DNA of 42,768 nt, from IMG/VR virus record IMGVR_UViG_3300025885_000007. One strand, 5' to 3'. The notes under the pieces were generated by a model, which was given only the letters and a program-made list of their open reading frames with translations, made no database searches and was not told the DNA's origin. This DNA is from a virus. Made by a program: the position numbers and the translations under genes. The first letter of the stretch is position 1. Every line of letters begins with the position of its first letter. This document shows positions 31,351 to 39,658 of the stretch, piece after piece.

Positions 31351-31689
31351 CTATAGTCCAAGCGTTCGGGACAATTCGAAGAACGAAACTCCATCACTTT
31401 GAAGCACGACGACGGCCGTCTTGAGTGCGGTCCCGACGATCACTCCCACCGAGACGATTCCAGTTCCGAGTGTGATGGTTCGGATCACCGCATCATTCGT
31501 GACCATGAGGGTAATGACTCTCCCCGCCTGCTGTCCCGCCGTGATGTTGACGGTCTCGTTCTCTCCCGCCGTCCATTTGAATAGGTTGCCGAGCGTCGCA
31601 TCAATCGACACCGTGGCCCCGGGCGCCGGAGCGGATGAGGCGTTCTTGTTGACATCCGCGGTTGAGAGCACGGCTCCGAAGGCAGGCAT
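31351..31689 (-). CDS. Hypothetical protein downstream of the fibre gene, 112 aa
   Basis: ATGA overlap with the fibre stop. Confidence 0.45.
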   Translation of the reverse strand: MPAFGAVLSTADVNKNASSAPAPGATVSIDATLGNLFKWTAGENETVNITAGQQAGRVITLMVTNDAVIRTITLGTGIVSVGVIVGTALKTAVVVLQSDGVSFFELSRTLGL

Positions 31690-33344
31690 CAGCCCAGAAT
31701 CCCCTTGGCCTGAAGATCAGCAATCACGGTCCCCAGAACATCGGCGACCTCATCTAAAGTCGTTGCGTTCGCATCGTATGCGCGATCAGTCGTGACGTTG
31801 GTGGGTGTGTATGCAGAACTGGGATTGGTCACAGAGATCGGTCCCACGAATGTCCCCGATGAACTGATGCGCGAGAGGATGGCGTTGCTTCCCCCCGCCA
31901 CTTCATCGCGCCACTCAGTCAGGTTAGCCGTGGAACCATTGGTAGCCCGGTAGACTTTGAGCGGAATCGGAGAAGCACTTCCGCCGCGATTGTCCACGGT
32001 GACGGTGGAGTTGTTGCCTCCGGTGTCCTGAAGATTCACCGTCAGGGCAAGGCCCGACATCGTTGCCGACACCGTGCCCATCGAGATCACCAGTGGGTCC
32101 ACGGACCCTGAAGGGACATCGAAGATGACGTCCTGAGAGTTGGTCAGGGTGATCCTTGCCACTGAGGTATTGAAGGTATTGGAGAGCAGCGACAGCGCAT
32201 CAGAAACCAAAACTCCCCCAGCAATGTCTCCCACTGAGTTGATGTTGGTCAGCACCGCCCCGGCCTGGGACTGGACCTGAAGGAAATCAGCAGTCTGAGA
32301 CGTGGCCCCGATTAGGTAGAGAGGCGAGGTCCCTGGGCTGGTGGTTTCTAGGGTCGCCATGGCTGACAGGATCTGAGAGTCGGTCCCGACTCCAAGCTTT
32401 CCATTGGCGTCCACCCCACCATGGGCCGTCCCAGAGACCACGTCCCAGCGAATCAGGCCTACAACCGGACTGCCGCTGATCGTCATCCAAACGTCTGAGA
32501 CATCGGCATTGTCGGCAGGCGTTCCGCTGAAGCCCCCCGAGGCGATCACGATGCGTAGGTCGGTGTAGTCCCCGGCAATCGCTGTGATCTCTGCCGCCGA
32601 GAGGGTGAATGAGCCCTGGGTCCACGATGCCGAGATGGGAATGTCGTTGATCGCCGGCCCCAGGTGGACGACGGTCGAAACCTTGTCGAGTTCAAACTGT
32701 AGGTTGATGCTGGTCCCGTGCGCCGTGTTGTTCCGGTAACGGTAGAAAACCGTATGCGTCGCGCTGGATGAGGGCGCGCCCGATGGGGTCGCCAGCCGAA
32801 AGGAAGCGGCCCCGCTCCCTTGATGCAGATAGGTACCGTCGTTGGCGTCGTTGACGTAGTTGTGCAGATTGGTGGTGCCGGAATCTTGTCCGGTGCATCC
32901 CGCCCCTGCGACCGTGGCTGAAGGCCGGAGCGTGGTCGTGTCGGAGCGTTGGCTGAGATGAACCACCGCGCCGGGACTGGTAGTGCCGATCCCGAGCCTA
33001 GTATTGACTTCGTCAAAGGCGGTCGAGTCGCCAAGGAGAATCGAGCCCTTGGTGCCGGTAGGGTTGGAACTGAGCGTCCCGCCCTGCCCAGAGCCAGAGC
33101 CCATGTAGGCAATGAACGGGTCCGAGATTCCGGGCTTGAACCAGTAGTCAGTGAGCGTCCCGCCGCCCCCAATCGGAGTACCCGAGCCGTCAGGAACTTC
33201 TCCGACGCTGATCCTCTGCACTCCCCGAGACAAATCCCGCAAGTAGTAGTCGATTGGCGCGAGCATATCGCGCAGCCGAGAGTGGAAATCCGGGGCGTCG
33301 GGCGGGGGTAGGCTCCCTACTGAGATTCCAGTATAATCGCGCAT
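31689..33344 (-). CDS. Tail fibre / spike protein, 551 aa
   Basis: Gly/Ser/Thr-rich beta-type sequence. C-terminal TDRAYDANATTLDEVADVLGTVIADLQAKGIL motif, common in phage fibres. Confidence 0.65.
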   Translation of the reverse strand: MRDYTGISVGSLPPPDAPDFHSRLRDMLAPIDYYLRDLSRGVQRISVGEVPDGSGTPIGGGGTLTDYWFKPGISDPFIAYMGSGSGQGGTLSSNPTGTKGSILLGDSTAFDEVNTRLGIGTTSPGAVVHLSQRSDTTTLRPSATVAGAGCTGQDSGTTNLHNYVNDANDGTYLHQGSGAASFRLATPSGAPSSSATHTVFYRYRNNTAHGTSINLQFELDKVSTVVHLGPAINDIPISASWTQGSFTLSAAEITAIAGDYTDLRIVIASGGFSGTPADNADVSDVWMTISGSPVVGLIRWDVVSGTAHGGVDANGKLGVGTDSQILSAMATLETTSPGTSPLYLIGATSQTADFLQVQSQAGAVLTNINSVGDIAGGVLVSDALSLLSNTFNTSVARITLTNSQDVIFDVPSGSVDPLVISMGTVSATMSGLALTVNLQDTGGNNSTVTVDNRGGSASPIPLKVYRATNGSTANLTEWRDEVAGGSNAILSRISSSGTFVGPISVTNPSSAYTPTNVTTDRAYDANATTLDEVADVLGTVIADLQAKGILG

Positions 33345-33355
33345 TCACAGGCCTC

Positions 33356-33425
33356 GGCCGGGCAGGGCAAGCTTAGGCTCGGCACGGCTCCGTATGGCAT
33401 GGCATCCTTCGGCAAGGCATGGTTT
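33356..33425. repeat. Pentamer-phased GGNNN array (plus strand), 11 of 14 consecutive pentamers start with GG
   Basis: Reads ggccg ggcag ggcaa gctta ggctc ggcac ggctc cgtat ggcat ggcat ccttc ggcaa ggcat ggttt. Intergenic, between the nozzle stop and the fibre start. Confidence 0.8.
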
Positions 33426-33427
33426 GT

Positions 33428-36037
33428 TCATTTTCCGCTGTCCTCTAGACCCCAACCCTCACCGTCTAGAATCAAGTTGTGCTGCGCGAAGGCCGAGGCA
33501 GTAATCGTCGCCGTGATCACGACGCCTTCGCACATGCTATTGAAAACCACCTTGTGAAGCGGCTGGCCTGCGAGTGTCGTTGACTTGGAGCTTCCGGTGG
33601 CCGTCACTGAGTCCGTCTTGGCATTGTTGAGTTGGTAGGAAATCGTCGGCGTCGTGCTGCCATACCCGCCGCAGAATCCATAAACCTCGGACAACTTCCA
33701 CTCGGAGCCCTCGTCGGCAAGGAACATTCTCCGCGTCGCGTACTTGAGCGTGTCGTCTTGGCTCGGGATTGTCGATCCACTCTCCCTGTAAACGTAACCC
33801 GATCCGGCACCGGTCGAGACGCCTCCATAGCCAAGAAAAACGTCCTGTGCCCCCGAGGTCCTTCGTGCCGTCCATGCACTGGTGACGCTGGCCCTGAGAC
33901 TTCCCGCCGAGAGGAAGTTCCGGACATGGACTGGCCCAGAAATCTTGGGTCCTCCCTGCCAGTGATCATTGGCGTAGGAGAGATGGAGGCACAGATAGGT
34001 CTCGTTGGTGTTGTCGTCGTTGCGGAAGTAGAACAGCAACTCTTGGCGGTCGCGGTCGTTGATTAGGGCGATGGCGTTGGACGTCCCGGTCCGAGAGATG
34101 ATCTGGCTCCAGTCCAGTCCATCGGTATAGGTATCGAAGCTGAATCCATCGGTGCCATGGATGCCATGGTCGGAGACGAACGCCAGGGTTTCAGAACCTC
34201 CGTCCCTTGAAAAGACCGCAGCGCACATGGGATTGACGATGCCGTAGCTCCGAGAGATGGGCTCGATGGCCTTGCCACGGTCGAAGGAAGCATCTCTCTC
34301 CGAGGGAAGGTAGTTGGCCCGGAAGACGGCCGTTTGGAGCCCGATCACGAGCCGAGAGTTCACCGTCTTGATGCAGGTGACGTTGTCGTTGTCCCGGGTC
34401 TCGAAGTCCAAGAAGTAGGTCGGAGGGAATGACTCCGGGTCACCCGGAACCGAGTAGCGAATCAGCGCCGAGTTGGAAGCGTCGTTGACCACCAAGGCAT
34501 CCTCATAGAGGTCGCCGGTGCTGGAACTTGGTGGCGCACCGTTCTTCCCCACCTGGGCCACGATGTCCCCGAAGGTGTAGGCCACCGTCGGGAAGACGAT
34601 GGTCGTATCGGTACTCCCTCCGTAGTAGACCTTGACCGTGACGTAATCGACCGAGAGCGTTACGTTGGTGGGAGAGGCAAGTCCGATCACCAGCATGAAC
34701 CCAGATGCGGTGAAATCGGAGTCCCGGAATGGAATCTGGTCCCCTGGGAACCAGCGGTCAAACGGACCTCCCAGGGTGTAGACCGTCCTTGAGGTCGTAG
34801 CCGTAAAGGCTTTGCTTGCGGTGTTGGCCTTGGTGATGGTCTGGGCCGCCAGGTTTTGGGCCGGGACATAGTCACTGACGTGGGGCACCCAGCTTCCGTC
34901 CGTTTGTCTTCCCCTCGCCAGAGTCACCGAGACCGAAGACGTTCCGGTGTTGACCAGAGCCTCAAGCGTGACTTCGATCCCCTGCACGGGTCCGGTGAAG
35001 CCGCCGAAGTTGAAGCCGTAGACCCCCTGCTTCTTGATCCCGATCAATCCTCCCGAGATCGCCATCGTCGCGTCGGAGTTGTCGTCTGCTGTCAGACGAC
35101 TCGGGTTGGTCATGTCCTTGTAGACCGTGGCCGCGTCTGCGACCCCGTTGAAGTTGGCTGGGAAGATGGCTCCGGTGTTGGCAACCGTCTGGCTGTCCTG
35201 CATCGACGTTGCAGCAATCGAGATGTCGGAGCCGATCATGAAGCCGGTCGGGAACTTCTTGTCGGTCTGCTTGTCCTTCTTGGGACTCCGATAGACTCTC
35301 CAGTGAGTCGCAACCGCGGTGTTGACGATGTCGGGCCTCTGGATCAGCGGCACCATGCTCACCGACGTGACCCAGATGGTGGCTGGAGTTCCGTTGAAGG
35401 TGGACTCCATCGAGAAGTCGGCCCCGTCCTGAGTCGAAGTCGCGACTTCCGTGGTCCAGTACTCGTAGTAGCCGGTGACGGTCTGGGAGAACGTCCCCGC
35501 CGTTGAGGTCACAATCGGAGTCGAAGCCACTGGCAACATGCCATGCTGGCGACTGCTGGGAGTCGTCCCAGCTCCCGTGGCGCTTAGGTAGACCACGAGG
35601 TTGGAGTTGACTGCGGTGGCTGAAGTCGATGCCGCCGTGGCTCCGTTGAACAGGAAGAATCGGTTCCGGTAGTGGACCACTTCCAGTTGGGTGCCAGCGA
35701 CGAAGGCGGAGGCCAGGGTCGCAAAGGTTCCGGTATCTGCGACCGGGGCGTAGCGGTAGAAGCCATTCCCAGTCGCGGTGCCGGAGATCATCGCCACCAG
35801 ATGATGGTCGCCGTTGTCGAACTGGATGTCCCGCAATCCCAGAACGTCGGTGGCTGTAGCAGATGCACCGTTGGCCGTGACGGCACCGAACTGGGCTCTT
35901 CCTCTGGCTCTCTGGAGGGCTTGAGAGCCGGGAAGGTAGACCCCGTTTCTCAGATAGGAGAGCTGGCCATTTTCCAGCTTGGCGGGGTCGGGCGCGGTCC
36001 AGAGACCCAAGCCCAGGTTTTCCACATGACGCGGCAC
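33428..36037 (-). CDS. Large tail protein, nozzle / tail-tubular-B-like, 869 aa
   Basis: Assigned by size, position after the adaptor-like gene, and a beta-rich sequence. GTG start 1 nt after the upstream TGA. Confidence 0.45.
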   Translation of the reverse strand: MPRHVENLGLGLWTAPDPAKLENGQLSYLRNGVYLPGSQALQRARGRAQFGAVTANGASATATDVLGLRDIQFDNGDHHLVAMISGTATGNGFYRYAPVADTGTFATLASAFVAGTQLEVVHYRNRFFLFNGATAASTSATAVNSNLVVYLSATGAGTTPSSRQHGMLPVASTPIVTSTAGTFSQTVTGYYEYWTTEVATSTQDGADFSMESTFNGTPATIWVTSVSMVPLIQRPDIVNTAVATHWRVYRSPKKDKQTDKKFPTGFMIGSDISIAATSMQDSQTVANTGAIFPANFNGVADAATVYKDMTNPSRLTADDNSDATMAISGGLIGIKKQGVYGFNFGGFTGPVQGIEVTLEALVNTGTSSVSVTLARGRQTDGSWVPHVSDYVPAQNLAAQTITKANTASKAFTATTSRTVYTLGGPFDRWFPGDQIPFRDSDFTASGFMLVIGLASPTNVTLSVDYVTVKVYYGGSTDTTIVFPTVAYTFGDIVAQVGKNGAPPSSSTGDLYEDALVVNDASNSALIRYSVPGDPESFPPTYFLDFETRDNDNVTCIKTVNSRLVIGLQTAVFRANYLPSERDASFDRGKAIEPISRSYGIVNPMCAAVFSRDGGSETLAFVSDHGIHGTDGFSFDTYTDGLDWSQIISRTGTSNAIALINDRDRQELLFYFRNDDNTNETYLCLHLSYANDHWQGGPKISGPVHVRNFLSAGSLRASVTSAWTARRTSGAQDVFLGYGGVSTGAGSGYVYRESGSTIPSQDDTLKYATRRMFLADEGSEWKLSEVYGFCGGYGSTTPTISYQLNNAKTDSVTATGSSKSTTLAGQPLHKVVFNSMCEGVVITATITASAFAQHNLILDGEGWGLEDSGK

Positions 36038-36038
36038 G

Positions 36039-36956
36039 TCAGTAATCCCACGGTATCGAGACCGTTGACCCTGCGTCGGGGGCTGCGACGTGGAGATGCG
36101 CGGGCTGGAAGCCTAGGCTTTCATCCGCCACGTTGGTCTGGTCCTTGAGCATCGTGGTCAGCCCCTCCTGAGCCAAGGAAAGCCAGGTCGTCGCCTGGTC
36201 CTTCCTGCCTTCTCCCTTGTCGGTCAGGAAGTGCCACTTGGCCCAGGCAATCGGGTAGCTCTCGTAGTCTTCGGGAAGGTCCAGGGTCCCAGTAGCGCCC
36301 GAGGCCGAGCCTAGGAAGAATCTCCGGTAGTAGCGGATTTGCAGGGTGTCGGAAGTCCCGGGGGCTGGGAGCAGTCGAATCTGCCCGCCCGACCCACCCC
36401 GGAAGAGGTCGTAGTTGTACGGGCTGCTGGCAAGGTTCTCGTCCCCAACGCCCCGGTCCCAAGACCTGCGACCGACGTACTCCAGCTTCCGGTTCGTTCC
36501 CAGAAGCCTCACCGAGTAGACGCTCTTCCAGTCGCTGGGAAGATTGTAGAGGTCGCGCTGGGCTGAAGCAGTGATCGCTGCTGTGCCAATGAAACTCGCT
36601 GAGACATTGAAGCCAAAGCCCGAGGCTGCGGTGGCCGTGACCCTAGTTCCCAGAACGAAGACCGGATTGATCAGCAGATCGCCGGGCAGGATGCCATGTC
36701 CAGCAGGAGATGCGGCGGAGACCGCTCCCCCCGAAGCCGTGACGGCCGTGACTGCGAACGGAGCCACGACGAATACTGGCGGGGCTTCGGTGCGGAGAAA
36801 GTCCCACTTGTAGCGTCCGGCGAAATGCTGGAACGAGGCCCTAAGAGAAAGGTGGGCCCGGTTCAGCATCTCGCTATCGGCGGAGGCTCCAGCAGAGTCG
36901 GCAACCGCTTGGACGGCGGAGACCCATGGAAGCGTTGATGGGTTGAATACGCTCAC
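36039..36956 (-). CDS. Head-tail adaptor / tail-tubular-A-like protein, 305 aa
   Basis: GTG preceded by AGGAGG. Assigned by position; ...IRLLPAPGTSDTLQIRYYRRF...LPEDYESYPIAW pattern. Confidence 0.4.
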   Translation of the reverse strand: MSVFNPSTLPWVSAVQAVADSAGASADSEMLNRAHLSLRASFQHFAGRYKWDFLRTEAPPVFVVAPFAVTAVTASGGAVSAASPAGHGILPGDLLINPVFVLGTRVTATAASGFGFNVSASFIGTAAITASAQRDLYNLPSDWKSVYSVRLLGTNRKLEYVGRRSWDRGVGDENLASSPYNYDLFRGGSGGQIRLLPAPGTSDTLQIRYYRRFFLGSASGATGTLDLPEDYESYPIAWAKWHFLTDKGEGRKDQATTWLSLAQEGLTTMLKDQTNVADESLGFQPAHLHVAAPDAGSTVSIPWDY

Positions 36957-36965
36957 CTAGGCCTC

Positions 36966-38288
36966 CTAGGCCGGGGCCGCCTCGGCCGTCATGGCCTTCT
37001 CTTCCGCTTCCGCCTCGGCCTGGATTTTATCCCATTGCTCGTCCGAGACGTGGGGCTGCTCCAACTTGCGCTCTTCCCTCAATCGCTCCCAGTAGGAAAC
37101 CAGGTCCGGGACCTTCTTCATCGCGTCCCGGTTCTCATGCACCCAGTCCTTGGCGTTCCGGCCCAGCTCCAGACGTAGGGTCTCGTCCTCGATCAGCTGG
37201 GACAGTTTGCTCTCAAAGTCCTCGGGGCCATCGAACAAGAGCCCAGTTTGGCCATCCACGATCTCGTTCTTGTAGTCGCCGGACCGCTGCGCCAAGGTGG
37301 CAACATCCTTCTTCAGCACCGAGGCTTCGTAGAACTTGATCGCCGAACGGCACTCGTTGAAGACATGGTCCTGAAGTGGGGCGAGCGAGATGTCGTGTCC
37401 GATGGTCGCCAGTCTCAGTCGGTACTCGTTGTAAGGACACCAGTCCTTGTAGGTGTAGCGATGGGGAGGAATCAGTTCGTTGACCCAGTGGTACTGGGCC
37501 CCCCAGATCACCCAGTGGACTTGAGGGTACTTCCGAGTGATGTTGCCCAGAGCCTGACGGAGCGGGAACCAGTCCTCGAAATGGGCGACACCTCCTTGCC
37601 AGAGAATCTTGATGGTCTCGGGGTCTTCCTTGAGGTCCACCTGCTCGTAGTCATTGAACCGGACCAGATTCGGGAACACCTCGGCACGTCTCGGGGTGAC
37701 TTCTTTCAGCAATGCCTTCTTCACGGCTTCGGTCGAGCAGGTCACGGCATCTGCCAGAGTCAGCATTTGACGATAGCCCATCAGCATCTGGTGATTGCGC
37801 CGGATGTCGAATCCGTTCTCTCCCTGCTGCCACAACACCTGACGCTCTCCTTCTCGCACCACGCCGATCTGCATCGGCCTGCCATCGTCTGAGGTCGGAG
37901 GAATGTCCACTCCGTTCAGGTCCCGGATGCCCAGATTCTTGAAGGCGGGATTCAGAGGCGAGACGTTGAACAGGTTGTCGTCGGTCTCCAGAATCACGGT
38001 GGGGGGCCACTTCCACTTCCCTTCCCGTTTGGAGGGAATGAAACTCTGCACCCCCTTGATGTTGTTCATCGGGACATCGCCCATCGGCTGATAGATCAGG
38101 ACGATGTCGGCCTCACAGAAGTTCTGGATACGGACCTCGGGGCGGACCCCGGCGTCCATCCGGTCCACGATCCCCTTGACGTTGAGCCCCAACTCAGACG
38201 CCGTCTGGAGTGGCACAGCGAGCCTGTAGTAATAGCTCGCAGAGGCCCCATGAGGGATGGACGTATAGACAACGAGCGGGTCTTTCAT
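36966..38288 (-). CDS. GT-B fold glycosyltransferase (GT1/GT4-like C-domain), 440 aa, inside the structural module
   Basis: CRSAIKFYEASV...NEIVDGQTGLLFDGPEDFESKLSQLIEDETLRLELGRNAKDW is typical of a GT-B C-terminal domain. Confidence 0.65.
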   Translation of the reverse strand: MKDPLVVYTSIPHGASASYYYRLAVPLQTASELGLNVKGIVDRMDAGVRPEVRIQNFCEADIVLIYQPMGDVPMNNIKGVQSFIPSKREGKWKWPPTVILETDDNLFNVSPLNPAFKNLGIRDLNGVDIPPTSDDGRPMQIGVVREGERQVLWQQGENGFDIRRNHQMLMGYRQMLTLADAVTCSTEAVKKALLKEVTPRRAEVFPNLVRFNDYEQVDLKEDPETIKILWQGGVAHFEDWFPLRQALGNITRKYPQVHWVIWGAQYHWVNELIPPHRYTYKDWCPYNEYRLRLATIGHDISLAPLQDHVFNECRSAIKFYEASVLKKDVATLAQRSGDYKNEIVDGQTGLLFDGPEDFESKLSQLIEDETLRLELGRNAKDWVHENRDAMKKVPDLVSYWERLREERKLEQPHVSDEQWDKIQAEAEAEEKAMTAEAAPA

Positions 38289-38527
38289 GGGAAGATGGGC
38301 GAAGGCTGGCGATTGGCCCGGCGCGCCCGCTTGATCGCCTCGAAGGCACTCTGCCTGCCCCCCGTCCCGCTCAGATAGGAAGCCTCCGTCTTGGTGAGCT
38401 TGGTGCCGGTCAGGTCGGCCAGCATCTCCGGGTCCATGCCCGAGGTGTCCACGGGAGCGACGTAGTTCCCCGCCCTCCCCATGGCGGTGTCTGCCTGAGC
38501 CCGGCCTTTGATCTGTGCCCTAGCCAT
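38285..38527 (-). CDS. Hypothetical protein, 80 aa
   Basis: ORF track; ATGA overlap with the GT start. Confidence 0.45.
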   Translation of the reverse strand: MARAQIKGRAQADTAMGRAGNYVAPVDTSGMDPEMLADLTGTKLTKTEASYLSGTGGRQSAFEAIKRARRANRQPSPIFP

Positions 38528-38828
38528 TGCTGGTGCTCCCCTTCAGGATGTCTCCGGGATTCAAGTCTCCGACTCTGGCCTCCGGGTTCTGAACGTCGGT
38601 CGAGCCGGTCGGAATGCTGCCACCACTCGGGACGTCGGGGCTCAGGTCCGGGTCCCCGGGAATCCCACTGTAGGTGGCCTGAACGAAGTTCACTCCCGGG
38701 CCGACACCATCCGAGTTGCTGGTGTCCAGCAAGGGCTGGGGACTTCCACTGGTCGGGACTCCCGGGTCTCCGGTGATACCGAATCCATCCGGGCCCGCAT
38801 AGGTGGCCTGCTTGATGTTGACGCCCAT
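38520..38828 (-). CDS. Gly/Pro/Ser/Thr-rich protein with an internal duplication, 102 aa
   Basis: GVNIKQATYAGPDG...PTSGS and GVNFVQATYSGIPG...PSGGS. Confidence 0.5.
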   Translation of the reverse strand: MGVNIKQATYAGPDGFGITGDPGVPTSGSPQPLLDTSNSDGVGPGVNFVQATYSGIPGDPDLSPDVPSGGSIPTGSTDVQNPEARVGDLNPGDILKGSTSNG

Positions 38829-38830
38829 GG

Positions 38831-39184
38831 CTACTCTCCGATCTTCTTGGTGACGACGATTCCATTCGTCAGCATGTTGGGGTCACGAGTCCTGCGCCGG
38901 TCGTAGGTGCAGTACTCGGGGTGCTTGTCGAGCCAGCCGTAGAACTTTTTCTTGTCACTTAGGAACTCAGGCTCGATGGCTCGCAGCAGGTCCTCGACTG
39001 GGCCCATGAGATTGGCAACGCGTCGGAACTCGCTGCCCCGATGGAGTGACCCATCGTCCATGGATCTTAGTTCCTGGATGGCATCGAACCTGTCTGCGAC
39101 GTCAGGATTCCGAGCCACCAGTCCCGAAGGGTCGCAGACCTTGTCCATCAAGCCTTCCGATGGACGAACGAAGAACGAGTCCAT
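38831..39184 (-). CDS. Hypothetical protein, 117 aa
   Basis: ATG at 39184 forms an ATGA overlap. The upstream part of the track ORF is alternate-frame. Confidence 0.5.
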   Translation of the reverse strand: MDSFFVRPSEGLMDKVCDPSGLVARNPDVADRFDAIQELRSMDDGSLHRGSEFRRVANLMGPVEDLLRAIEPEFLSDKKKFYGWLDKHPEYCTYDRRRTRDPNMLTNGIVVTKKIGE

Positions 39185-39519
39185 CACAGGTCCCGAGTGG
39201 TATCGCCGGCCGCGGGGTCGGAGAGCGTCATCTTGGGCTTGCCCTCTTCCTTCGACTCTCGTCCGACGTCTGGGTAGTTCCAGGTGATCTGCTCGTTCAT
39301 CACCGGGCCACCCGTGGAGTCTGCCGCCTGATCGGCACCCGGAAGCCCGCCCGGAACCTCTCCCAAGCCACGGTCGAACGGCTCTCTCGGATGGTCCCAA
39401 GCCGTCAGGACCTCACCGACATACTCGCCCTTTTCCTGATCCCAGATGCGGGTTGCATCCCAGCCCTGCGTGGCGCTGATCTGAATCAACGACCGCGAGA
39501 TGCTGTTTGCCTTTGCCAT
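39184..39519 (-). CDS. Hypothetical protein downstream of the capsid gene, 111 aa
   Basis: GGAGGTGA SD; ORF track. Confidence 0.5.
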   Translation of the reverse strand: MAKANSISRSLIQISATQGWDATRIWDQEKGEYVGEVLTAWDHPREPFDRGLGEVPGGLPGADQAADSTGGPVMNEQITWNYPDVGRESKEEGKPKMTLSDPAAGDTTRDL

Positions 39520-39542
39520 TGGTCACCTCCGCTAGGAAGGGA

Positions 39543-39558
39543 GCGGGCCGAAGCCCGC
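39543..39558 (-). terminator. GC hairpin with a tetraloop, 3' of the capsid gene
   Basis: Minus strand reads GCGGGC-TTCG-GCCCGC followed by TCCCTTCC. Confidence 0.4.
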
Positions 39559-39570
39559 CCCTCGCCTAGT

Positions 39571-39640
39571 CCTTGCCTTGCCGGGCCTCGCCCAGCCCCA
39601 CCTGACCGTGCCTTGCCGAACCATGCCTCGCCATGCCAGG
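39571..39640. repeat. Pentamer-phased CCNNN array on the plus strand (NNNGG on the minus strand), 14 consecutive units
   Basis: Reads ccttg ccttg ccggg cctcg cccag cccca cctga ccgtg ccttg ccgaa ccatg cctcg ccatg ccagg. Intergenic, directly after the capsid stop. Confidence 0.85.
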
Positions 39641-39658
39641 AGGATGAACTTCATTCTA

